NCBI GenBank assembly: GCA_021155885.1
Contig: JAJNBB010000002.1
Location: forward strand, 2,929 to 66,928
Reading direction: 5' to 3'
Length of the DNA: 64,000 nt
Source: Fibrobacteria bacterium
Lineage (GTDB): Bacteria > Fibrobacterota > Fibrobacteria > UBA11236
Shown here: positions 1 to 8,360 of the stretch, one piece after another
Layout of the letters: each line of letters opens with the position of its first letter
Numbering within the stretch: position 1 is the first letter of the stretch
Notes under the pieces: model-generated
Told to the model about the DNA's origin: nothing
What the model saw: the letters and a program-made list of their open reading frames with translations, nothing else
Databases searched by the model: none
Translations under genes and position numbers: made by a program

Positions 1-19
1 GATGGCCATACGTGTTAGC

Positions 20-104
20 TTACAGCGGACAGCGAACAGCTGAACACAAAAAAAGCGACCCCGTGAGAAGTCGCCTTTTTTGTTTAGCTGTTCGCTGTCC
101 GCTA
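20..104. repeat. Copy 1 of a palindromic intergenic repeat family. Arms ACAGCGGACAGCGAACAGC / GCTGTTCGCTGTCCGCT flank an A-run / GC-stem / T-run hairpin.
   Basis: Inverted arms at 22-42 and 82-104, hairpin at 47-83. Related copies lie at 21290-21360 and 61768-61882. Confidence 0.7.
47..83. terminator. Bidirectional rho-independent terminator downstream of the prx gene (AAAAAAAGCGAC-loop-GTCGCCTTTTTTT).
   Basis: GC stem gcgac/gtcgc with an A-run upstream and a T-run downstream. It lies immediately 3' of the minus-strand peroxiredoxin stop at 102-104. Confidence 0.65.
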
Positions 105-743
105 CTTATTAGGCTGCGGCGTCATGCGGAGGTATGGCTTGATCACCTTGAATCCCTTGGGGAACCGGGTCTTCAATTCCTCGGGATCCTGGATGGCGGG
201 GGCGATCACGACGTCGTCGCCGTCCTTCCAGTTGACCGGGGTGGCGACCTTGTAGCCGTCGGTGAGCTGGAGCGAATCGATCACGCGCAGGATTTCGTGG
301 AAGTTGCGTCCCGTCGAGGCGGGATAGGTGATGATCGCGCGGATCTTTTTGTTCGGGTCGATGATGAACACCGAGCGCACGGTGAACTTGTCGTTCGACT
401 GCGGCTGGAACATCCCGTATAGCGTGGAGACCGACTTGTCCTCGTCGGCGACGATGGGGAAGTACACGTCGCAGTTCTGCGTCTCGTTGATGTCAGGGAT
501 CCACTTGGCGTGCGATTCCTCGCTGTCGACCGACAGGGCGATCACCTTCACGTTGCGCTTTTCCCACTCGGGACGCAGGCGCGCGGTCTCGCCCAGTTCG
601 GTGGTGCACACCGGGGTGAAGTCGGCGGGATGCGAGAAGAACACGGCCCAGTGCCCTTCGATGTACTTGTGGAAATGAAGCTTGCCCTGGCTGGAATGCT
701 GGTGAAAGTCGGGGGCGATATAACCGAGTTGCAGAACGGACAT
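102..743 (-). CDS. 1-Cys peroxiredoxin (AhpC/TSA family, Prx6-like).
   Basis: 213 aa with the FTPVCTTE peroxidatic cysteine motif and full-length similarity to 1-Cys Prx. Confidence 0.9.
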   Translation of the reverse strand: MSVLQLGYIAPDFHQHSSQGKLHFHKYIEGHWAVFFSHPADFTPVCTTELGETARLRPEWEKRNVKVIALSVDSEESHAKWIPDINETQNCDVYFPIVADEDKSVSTLYGMFQPQSNDKFTVRSVFIIDPNKKIRAIITYPASTGRNFHEILRVIDSLQLTDGYKVATPVNWKDGDDVVIAPAIQDPEELKTRFPKGFKVIKPYLRMTPQPNK

Positions 744-982
744 GGTATCTCCTGGTTAAAAGACCGTGGAAACAACTTACTAAGTGCGGACGCGCGCTTT
801 ACAACCCGTAACAGAAAGGGTGGCCTTTTTGCCCGGATTTTCGGGCCCCCGCCGGGTTTTTCCGCGGCCGGCTGGACGGGAAAAGGGGGCCTTGTATAAT
901 CCTCGCAGGCGCTTCCGGGCCATCGCCTCCGAGGGGGGACGCCGACGCGGAAGCACGCATCCACAGGAACAAGGAGAATGCC

Positions 983-1459
983 ATGAACGAACATACCGAA
1001 GGCTGGGGCGAAGTCGACCAGTCCATCACCATCGCCCGTCCCGCCCAGGAACTCTACGACATCTGGCGCGACCTCGGGTCGCTGCCCCACATCCTTTCGC
1101 ACGTGAAACTCGTGCGCGAGGACAGTCCCACCCAGTCGCACTGGATCGTGGAGGGGCCGCTCGGCACCGACATCGCCTGGGACAGCGTCATCACCCAGGA
1201 CATCCCCGGCAAGCGCATCAGCTGGCGCTCGGTGGAGGACGCCGACGTGGACAACGCCGGTACGGTGGAGTTCAACGCGGCGCCCGGGGCGATCTATACC
1301 GAGATGCGCGTGCGCATGTCCTATCGGCCCCCGGCGGGCGCCGTGGGCAAGGCCATCGCGGCCCTGTTCGGGAAGGACCCGAACGGACAGGTCGAGGATG
1401 ATTTGCAGAAGTTCAAGGAGAACGTGGAGGCCGGAACGTTCGGCCGGCACGCCGTCTAA
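983..1459 (+). CDS. SRPBCC-superfamily protein (polyketide cyclase/dehydrase, COQ10-like lipid-binding fold).
   Basis: 158 aa. The pattern WxxxxDxxxxPxxxxHV ... WxxxG resembles the cyclase/dehydrase START-like fold. Confidence 0.6.
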   Translation: MNEHTEGWGEVDQSITIARPAQELYDIWRDLGSLPHILSHVKLVREDSPTQSHWIVEGPLGTDIAWDSVITQDIPGKRISWRSVEDADVDNAGTVEFNAAPGAIYTEMRVRMSYRPPAGAVGKAIAALFGKDPNGQVEDDLQKFKENVEAGTFGRHAV

Positions 1460-1568
1460 TCGGGCTGCGAGCATCGCCAGGCAGCGTTGGCCCTCCTCGT
1501 CGTACTTTCGGTACGACTACGTCGGTCCGCCTTGCCTGCCTCGCTCTCGCTCCGATTAGAATTTGATC

Positions 1569-4355
1569 CTAGGCGCCTTCGGTCGCGTCATGCGAGGAGA
1601 GGAACCCGTGCAGCTCCTCCTCGTTCATCAGCACCTCGCGCGGCTTGCTGCCGCGCTCGCGGCCCACGACCCCGGCGCGCTCCAGCTGGTCGACCAGCCG
1701 GCCCGAGCGGGCGTAGCCGAGCCCCAGGCGCCGCTGCAGCAGCGACACCGAGGCCTGCTTGAGTTGCACCACGAGTTCGGCCGCCTCGGCGAACTTGCTG
1801 TCGCGTTCCTCGTCCACGGCCTCCGCGGCGGAATCCTCGTCGACGTTGAAGCTTTTCACCTGCGGGAAGTTCACGTTCTGGCCGGCGCATTCCCCCGCGA
1901 TGTCCTCGCACTGCGCGTCGTCGATGAAGCAGCCGTGCAGGCGCACGGGCTCGGGGAACTCGATGGGCCGGTACAGCATGTCGCCGCGGCCCAGCAGCTT
2001 TTCCGCCCCCTGGCGGTCGAGAATGGTGCGCGCGTCGATCTGGCTCGCCACCTGGAACGCGATGCGCGTCGGCAGGTTGGCCTTGATGGTTCCCGTGATC
2101 ACGTTGGTGGAGGGCCGCTGCGTGGCGAGGATGAGGTGGATGCCCACGGCGCGCGCCTTCTGCGCGATGCGCGCGATGTTGGTTTCGACCTCCTTGCCGG
2201 CCACCATCATCAGGTCGGCGAGCTCGTCGATCACGATCAGGATGTAGGGCATCTCCTCCGAGACCGGCAGGCCCGAGTCGGGATCGTCGTCGGTGTAGCG
2301 CGCCTCGAAGCCGTCCCCGAACTCCTCGTTCTGCGTGTAGCGCCCGTCGGCGTTCAGGGTGCCGGCGCGCGCCTTCTCGTTGAAGCCCTTGATGTTGCGC
2401 ACGCCGCTTTTCGCCAGCTTCTCGTAGCGCTCGTCCATCTTGACCGTGGCCCACTTGAGGGCCTGCACCGCCGCCTCGGCCTGGGTGATCACGGGCCGCA
2501 GCAGGTGCGGGATGGAATCGTAGGGCTTGAGCTCGACCACCTTGGGATCGATCAGGATCATGCGCAGTTCGGCCGGCGTCTTGCTGGCCAGCAGCGAGGC
2601 CATAATGCTGTTGATGCACACCGACTTTCCGGAGCCCGTCTGCCCCGCGATCAGAAGATGCGGCGCGCGCGTCAGGTCGGCGACGTACGGTTCGCCTGAG
2701 ATGGTCTTGCCCAGGCAGACCTTCAGCGTGTCCTTTTCCATCGCGAATTCCGGAGAACCGAGGATCTCCTTGATGTACACGATCTGCGCCTTGCGGTTCG
2801 GCACCTCGACGCCCACCAGGGACTTCCCCGGAATCGGCGCGAGGATGCGGATGCTCTTGGCCCTCAGGGCCAAGGCGAGATCGTCAGACAGGCTGCTGAT
2901 GCGGTTGACCTTTTCGCCGGGGGCCAACTCGACCTCGTAGCGCGTGATCACGGGGCCGGGGTGGATGCCGGTGACCTTGCCGCGCACCTTGAAGTTATTG
3001 AGCTGCGCTTCGAGCAGCGTTTTCTGCTCGAGCAATTCCTCCTCGGTGAATTCCAGGGCCTGCACGGGGGGCGTGGGGAAGATCCGGTCGAGATCGGGGC
3101 GTTTGTATTCGTCGTATTGCACGCGGGCCAAGGCAGGGGCGCCCTCCGGGTCTTCCCCGCCCTCGTCGTCCCAGGGGGTTCCGCGCTCTTTGGTGTTGGC
3201 CAAGGTCTTCGCCTTGGAGGGCCGGGAGGAAGCCTTGCCGGCTTTCTTCGGGGGCGGAGGCGGGATCTCGTCCTCATCGGCCTCATCGAGGGAGTCGACC
3301 CGCGCTTCCTCGTCGGCCTCCTCCTCTTCGGGATCGAGCAATTCCGAAAAGCTGGCCTCGGCGGCCTCGGCGGGCGGGGCCTTCGAAGACCCGGCGGAAC
3401 CTTTCGGATTCCGGCTGAGCATGCCCCCGATTTCCGTGCTGCGGGTTTTCTCTTCCCAGTCGTTCAGCTCGGTGACGCGCTTGCGTTCCAGCGCCAGGTC
3501 GCGCAGCTTGCGGATGGTCAGCGGGTCGAGGTTCTCGAGGTCTCCGCTTTCCAGCAGGGCCTCCAGCTTCGCCTTCTCTTCCTCGGGGCTGTCGTCCTCG
3601 GTGGGGATCAGGCTCTCGTTCGAAACCTTGCCTTCAGCGCGCGACCGGCGGGGCGCTTTCGCCAGCACCGGCATCGCGGGCGAGCCCTTCCAGGGGCCTT
3701 CCTGCGCTTCCGCCGCGCCGTTGCCCGCGCCGCTGCGCCAGCCTTCGGCGAGGGAACGGCCCATCGCCCCGGCCGCGTGCGCGCCGCGCTTCAGCCAGGC
3801 CGACACGCTGATCTGGAAGCCCCACACGGTGAGGAGGAAGATCAGGAGGCTGGTGACGAGATACGGGCCCACCCGGGATTCGGTCCCGAAAACGGGGGTG
3901 AAGATTTGCTGGGCCAAAAAGTTGCCGACCCACCCGCCCGAGCGGGGGTAATCGATCCAGGTGACCTGCGGGTTCAGGTTGCGGATGCTCAGAAGCAGGC
4001 CCACGAAGAAGCCCACGGCGGCGGTGATGCTCATCTGGCGCCACAGCGACACCTTGAACAGCAGTTGAACCCCCAGCAAGACGATGGCGGCGAGGTACAG
4101 GAGCACCGGAAGGCTGCCGAAGGCGTTGTTCAGGAAATTCGCCCACGCCGAACCCACATAGGGCCCGAGCAGGTTGTGCCCCTTTTGGACGCGCTCGGAT
4201 ACGAGCGCGGTAAACGTGACGATCATCCCGGAGAGAAGAATCAGCCCGGGGATTTCCGGGTGCGCGCCCGAAGACTCTTCTTCCTCTTCCGCCGCGCGGC
4301 CGCGGCCTTTGGCAGCCGAGGAGGGGCGGGCGGATTTCTTGTCCGCCTTCGCCAT
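1569..4355 (-). CDS. ftsK: DNA translocase FtsK/SpoIIIE.
   Basis: N-terminal multi-TM region, acidic/proline linker, Walker A GQTGSGKS motor domain, and a C-terminal gamma winged-helix (LLQRRLGLGYARSGRLVDQLE). The ORF extends to a TTG at 4409; the ATG at 4355 (MAKADKK) is the likelier start. Confidence 0.9.
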   Translation of the reverse strand: MAKADKKSARPSSAAKGRGRAAEEEEESSGAHPEIPGLILLSGMIVTFTALVSERVQKGHNLLGPYVGSAWANFLNNAFGSLPVLLYLAAIVLLGVQLLFKVSLWRQMSITAAVGFFVGLLLSIRNLNPQVTWIDYPRSGGWVGNFLAQQIFTPVFGTESRVGPYLVTSLLIFLLTVWGFQISVSAWLKRGAHAAGAMGRSLAEGWRSGAGNGAAEAQEGPWKGSPAMPVLAKAPRRSRAEGKVSNESLIPTEDDSPEEEKAKLEALLESGDLENLDPLTIRKLRDLALERKRVTELNDWEEKTRSTEIGGMLSRNPKGSAGSSKAPPAEAAEASFSELLDPEEEEADEEARVDSLDEADEDEIPPPPPKKAGKASSRPSKAKTLANTKERGTPWDDEGGEDPEGAPALARVQYDEYKRPDLDRIFPTPPVQALEFTEEELLEQKTLLEAQLNNFKVRGKVTGIHPGPVITRYEVELAPGEKVNRISSLSDDLALALRAKSIRILAPIPGKSLVGVEVPNRKAQIVYIKEILGSPEFAMEKDTLKVCLGKTISGEPYVADLTRAPHLLIAGQTGSGKSVCINSIMASLLASKTPAELRMILIDPKVVELKPYDSIPHLLRPVITQAEAAVQALKWATVKMDERYEKLAKSGVRNIKGFNEKARAGTLNADGRYTQNEEFGDGFEARYTDDDPDSGLPVSEEMPYILIVIDELADLMMVAGKEVETNIARIAQKARAVGIHLILATQRPSTNVITGTIKANLPTRIAFQVASQIDARTILDRQGAEKLLGRGDMLYRPIEFPEPVRLHGCFIDDAQCEDIAGECAGQNVNFPQVKSFNVDEDSAAEAVDEERDSKFAEAAELVVQLKQASVSLLQRRLGLGYARSGRLVDQLERAGVVGRERGSKPREVLMNEEELHGFLSSHDATEGA

Positions 4356-4405
4356 CGACAGCTTCCGGGAGGGCGCCTTGGCGCCCCGCTTCGGCTTTTC
4401 CGGCT

Positions 4406-5578
4406 TCAAGCGGTCACCGCCGCGGCGTCGGAGGGTTTGGGGCGCTTGTAAAAGGTGCGCGCCACCGCCTTCGCGGGCTTCAAGGCGCCGCGGATCGAGA
4501 CTTGCAGGTCCGTCCCGCGCTCGGCGGCCGCGGGTTCGACGAGGGCGAGGGCGATTCCCTTGCCCAGCGTGGGCGAGAGCGTTCCCGAGGTCACGACCCC
4601 GACCGGGCGGCCGTCCCGAAAGACCTCGCAGCCTTCGCGCGGGATCGCCAGGTCGGTCATTTCGATGCCCGTCATTTTCCGCGCGGGCCCGTTTTCACGG
4701 ACCTTGAGCAAGGCCGCGCGGCCCACGAAATCCGTCTTGTCCAGATCGGTGATCCACCCCAGGCCCGCCTCGAGCGGGTTGATGGAGGCGCTCAGCTCGT
4801 GCCCGTACAGCGAGTAGCCCGACTCGAGGCGCAATGTGTCGCGCGCGGCCAGGCCGATGGGCAGCACCCCGCGGGAAGCGCCGGCCTCCATCAGGGCCTT
4901 CCAGAGGAATTCCGCGTCGGCCGCCTCGGGAAAGAACTCGAAGCCGTCCTCGCCGGTGTAGCCCGTGCGGCCCACGAGAATGTCGAGGCCGGCCACCTTC
5001 AGGCGGGCGCATTTGTAGGTCTTCAGGGTGCCGTCATAACCGGGGGCGAGCGCGCGCAGGATGGCCTCGGATTCGGGACCTTGCAGCGAGAGGATGGAAA
5101 GCGATTCGCTGCGGTTTTCCAGTTCGCAGTCGAAACCGTCGCGGTGCTGGAGGAACCAGTCCCAGTCCTTCGGGATGTTCGCGGCGTTCACCACCACCAT
5201 GTAGGCGTCGGGCCCCAAGGCATAGACGAGGATGTCGTCGATCACGCCGCCATCGGGGTAGCATAGCGCGGAATAGTGCACGTCGCCGGGAGCCAGTTTG
5301 GCGACGTTGTTGGTCGTCAGGTTCTGCAGGTAGGCCAGGGCCCCGGGGCCGCGCACGAAGAAGTTGCCCATGTGCGACACGTCGAACAGGCCGGCGCGCG
5401 CGCGCACGGCGTCGTGCTCCTGCCGGATTCCGGAGTACTGGATGGGCATGGAAAAGCCCGCGAAGGGGGCCATTTTGGCACCCTGGGCGACGTGCCAGGC
5501 GTGCAGCGGGGTCTGTTTGATTTCGGAGGTGCTCACGGCCGGGAATATAGCATTGGCGGGCCCGCCGGGAACCTGCAC
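4406..5578 (-). CDS. gcvT: Glycine cleavage system aminomethyltransferase T.
   Basis: Full-length GcvT similarity (FDVSHMG, GYTGEDGFE). The start may instead be the internal GTG at about 5536 (MSTSEIKQTPL). The stop overlaps the ftsK TTG. Confidence 0.88.
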   Translation of the reverse strand: MQVPGGPANAIFPAVSTSEIKQTPLHAWHVAQGAKMAPFAGFSMPIQYSGIRQEHDAVRARAGLFDVSHMGNFFVRGPGALAYLQNLTTNNVAKLAPGDVHYSALCYPDGGVIDDILVYALGPDAYMVVVNAANIPKDWDWFLQHRDGFDCELENRSESLSILSLQGPESEAILRALAPGYDGTLKTYKCARLKVAGLDILVGRTGYTGEDGFEFFPEAADAEFLWKALMEAGASRGVLPIGLAARDTLRLESGYSLYGHELSASINPLEAGLGWITDLDKTDFVGRAALLKVRENGPARKMTGIEMTDLAIPREGCEVFRDGRPVGVVTSGTLSPTLGKGIALALVEPAAAERGTDLQVSIRGALKPAKAVARTFYKRPKPSDAAAVTA

Positions 5579-5593
5579 AAGGGCGGCGGCGCG

Positions 5594-7852
5594 TCAAGGT
5601 ACCGTGATGATCTTGCCCTTATCCCCCGCCGCCACGATCGCGCTGCCCGTCCAAGCCAGGGCGCGCAGATCCAGAACGGTGGACGTATAGATCTCAACCC
5701 CCGGGGCGTCGTTCCTGGATGTGAAAAACGCTCCCCCGCTTCCTGCGTAAACCAACCGGTCGCCCGCCTGGATCACGGCATACAAGTTGGCCGTGGTTCC
5801 CGAAGGAAAATTCGTCCAGGATATCCCGTCGGAGGACGTCAGGATTTTGCCTTGCGCCCCCACCGCGACCGCCCGGCTTCCCGTCCAAGTGACCGCATAA
5901 AGAGGAACCGTCGTGCCGGAACTGCCGGGCGTCCAGGTGAGGCCATCCAGGGAGGTTACGAGAATGCCTCCATCCCCCACCGCGACGAACCGGGATCCTG
6001 TCCACGCGACGCCGTTCAAACTCCCGCCTCCGGAGGCGCGGTAGGTCCAGGCTGAGCCCTCGGAAGAAGTCCAGATGGCACCGGCCAAGTCCACGGCCAC
6101 CAGAAGACTGCCGGAATAAGCAATGCCGCTCAAGGTCGAAGGGGTGGGGAAACCTCCCCAGGAAGCCCAGGCCGCACCATCGGGAGAGGTTCCCACTGCG
6201 CCCCCCGTGCCCACCGCCACGAATTGGCTCCCTGTCCAAAGGGCAGCCTTGAAATCCTTGGTCGTACCCGAAACCCGCGCCGTCCAGGCCGTTCCATCCG
6301 AGGAAGCACGTAGGGTCCCTGCTGAACCGAAGGCGAAGAGTTGGCCTTGCTTTAGGACCAAAGCGTTCAGGTTAGGTCCCTCGATGGTGATGAACCCGGA
6401 TACCGCCGAGGGCGGTCCCTTGCCGATAGCGTTCACGGCCACGATATGGAAGCTATGAACGGATCCTTCAGCAAACCCGGTGAGGACGCAGGATAATGCT
6501 CCGGTCGTCTGGCAATGCCTGCCCGAATCCTGATCCGAAGTCGCGACGTAACCCGTGATGGCGGAGCCTCCGTCCAACGCGGGAGGACTCCAGCTCACGG
6601 TCACCTGACCGGGCGAGGCGACGGCCTTTACCTGTTGGGGCGCGCCCGGAGGCGTCGGGGTCCCCGGAGTCACGGGCTCGGAGGCGAGGGAAGCCGGACC
6701 GGCGCCCACGGCGTTCACGGCTACCACTGTGAACGTATAGGAGACTCCCGTGCTGAGTCCAGAAATCGCGCAGTTGGGAACGCCCGTGCTTGTGCATTTC
6801 CGCGTGGTGTCCTGATTCGTCGTTACGACATAGTGGGTAACGGCGGTGCCCCCATTCGATTCGGGAGCCGTCCATTGAAGGCTTACCTGCCCCGGTCCCG
6901 AGACGCCCACCGGTTTGCCCGGAGCGCTGGGACGGCGCCAGGGGCTTATGGAAGAGCTGGGGGCGGACGGCGGGCTTTTCCCGGAGGCGGACACGGCGAC
7001 GACGCGAAACGTATAAGAGGTCCCTTCCGCTAAACCGGTCACGGCGCAGGAACGCGTTCCCGATGTCTGGCAATGCTTGCTCGTATCCTGGTCCGCCGTG
7101 ACGCTATAGGCGGTCACGGAACCGCCATTAGAAACGGGAGCCGACCACGATACCGTCACCTGCCCCAAACCCGCGACAACCGTTATACCGATGGGTGCGC
7201 TGGGAGGTCCCCCGGGCTTGACCGTGGCCGAGGCTTGCGAAGCCGGCCCGGTGATGGGATTGAGCGCGTACACCACGAAGCTGTAACTCGTTCCGTTGAC
7301 CAGGTCCCCGACCGTGCAGGAAAGCGCGCCGTAGGCCACGCATTGCTTCAAAGGATCCTGAACGGAGCGCGCGATGTAGGCGAAAATGAGGTTGCCCCCG
7401 TTCGAGGCGGGAGCGCTCCACGACACGGTGACCTGGCCGTCTCCCGCCACGGCGGAGACGTTGAGGGGAGCGCTGGGGGCATAGTACACCCCCGTGGGGA
7501 CGACCGGATTCGAAGGAATAGAAGCCGGACTCGTGCCGGCGTCGTTCGTCGCCGTGACGATAAAGGTGTACGAGGCGCCGATGCCGAGTCCCGTGAGAAC
7601 GCAGGACGTCGCCTTCGAGACCGTGCAAAACCGTCCCGGGTCCTCCACCGCCCAGGCGGTGTAGGCGAGGATGGCGCTGCCCCCGTCGGATTTGGGCGCG
7701 GCCCAGGACACGGTGGCTTCGGCGTCGCCCGCCACGGCGACCACGTCGCGCGGGGCGGAGGGCGCTTCCTGCCCGCCGCCCAGCAACTCGCAGGAGAACA
7801 GGCACGCGGCGGCGGCCGCGGCGAGGATTTTCAGAATCCCGTGAACCTTCAT
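5594..7852 (-). CDS. Surface lipoprotein with at least five fibronectin type III domains followed by a BNR/Asp-box (Ycf48-like) beta-propeller.
   Basis: Lipobox signal (AAACLFSC). Repeated roughly 90-aa units with SAP..V.AVAGDG.VTVSW.AP..DGGS.I..Y (Fn3). The C-terminus has repeated S-x-D-G-x-x-W-T Asp-boxes (SSDGTAWT, SSEGSAWT, SLDGLTWT, SSDGISWT). Confidence 0.75.
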   Translation of the reverse strand: MKVHGILKILAAAAAACLFSCELLGGGQEAPSAPRDVVAVAGDAEATVSWAAPKSDGGSAILAYTAWAVEDPGRFCTVSKATSCVLTGLGIGASYTFIVTATNDAGTSPASIPSNPVVPTGVYYAPSAPLNVSAVAGDGQVTVSWSAPASNGGNLIFAYIARSVQDPLKQCVAYGALSCTVGDLVNGTSYSFVVYALNPITGPASQASATVKPGGPPSAPIGITVVAGLGQVTVSWSAPVSNGGSVTAYSVTADQDTSKHCQTSGTRSCAVTGLAEGTSYTFRVVAVSASGKSPPSAPSSSISPWRRPSAPGKPVGVSGPGQVSLQWTAPESNGGTAVTHYVVTTNQDTTRKCTSTGVPNCAISGLSTGVSYTFTVVAVNAVGAGPASLASEPVTPGTPTPPGAPQQVKAVASPGQVTVSWSPPALDGGSAITGYVATSDQDSGRHCQTTGALSCVLTGFAEGSVHSFHIVAVNAIGKGPPSAVSGFITIEGPNLNALVLKQGQLFAFGSAGTLRASSDGTAWTARVSGTTKDFKAALWTGSQFVAVGTGGAVGTSPDGAAWASWGGFPTPSTLSGIAYSGSLLVAVDLAGAIWTSSEGSAWTYRASGGGSLNGVAWTGSRFVAVGDGGILVTSLDGLTWTPGSSGTTVPLYAVTWTGSRAVAVGAQGKILTSSDGISWTNFPSGTTANLYAVIQAGDRLVYAGSGGAFFTSRNDAPGVEIYTSTVLDLRALAWTGSAIVAAGDKGKIITVP

Positions 7853-7967
7853 ACAACCGAATGTACTCGCGTTTTACGGGCGAAAAGGATCGAATCCATC
7901 CCCGCCGCATAAAACCGCTCCCCGGGAAAAAAGAGCGCCTCCGGTTGAAATCTGCTACCTTTGCCCC

Positions 7968-8360
7968 ATGACTTCCCCCTCCCTTTCCGGCGCCGTATTG
8001 CTGGGCCACGGAAGCCGCGAACCGGGGGCCCAGGCCGAGATCCGGGCGCTTCAAGCGGAGCTGGCCTCGGCCTTGCCCGACTGGCGCTTCACCCACGCCT
8101 TTCTCAACCAGGAACCGACGCTCGGGGACGCCGTGAACGAACTCGTGACCGCCGGATGCTCCCGCGTCCGCGTCCTCCCCTTGCTGGTCTTCACGGGGAA
8201 GCACGTCCTCGAGGACGTGCCCCGCGAAATCGAGCGGCTCCAGGGCCTGTACCCCCACGTTCATTTCGAGCGCGCGCCGCATCTCCACAACCTGTCCGGA
8301 TTTTCAGCCCTCCTCACCGGGGCTTTGCAAGAGTCCGCTTCCCAAGGAATTTCCCGCTAA
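7968..8360 (+). CDS. cbiX: CbiX-like small sirohydrochlorin chelatase (CbiXS).
   Basis: 130 aa with LLGHGSR and PLLVFTGKHVLEDVP motifs typical of short CbiX. Its TAA stop shares its A with the ATG of the downstream gene (TAATG). Confidence 0.65.
   Translation: MTSPSLSGAVLLGHGSREPGAQAEIRALQAELASALPDWRFTHAFLNQEPTLGDAVNELVTAGCSRVRVLPLLVFTGKHVLEDVPREIERLQGLYPHVHFERAPHLHNLSGFSALLTGALQESASQGISR

Noticed and set aside
1563-4451. Several long plus-strand ORFs (1563-2699, 2944-3951, 2961-4451) and the minus-strand 1588-2619 ORF
   Set aside because: All overlap the ftsK CDS, whose frame carries the Walker A and gamma-domain motifs. These are GC-driven alternative frames.
7961-8360. The upstream part of the 7961-10102 ORF as the methyltransferase N-terminus
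   Set aside because: It is in a different frame from, and fully overlaps, the CbiX-like CDS. The ATG at 8360 is preferred because its product begins exactly at the cbiX stop.
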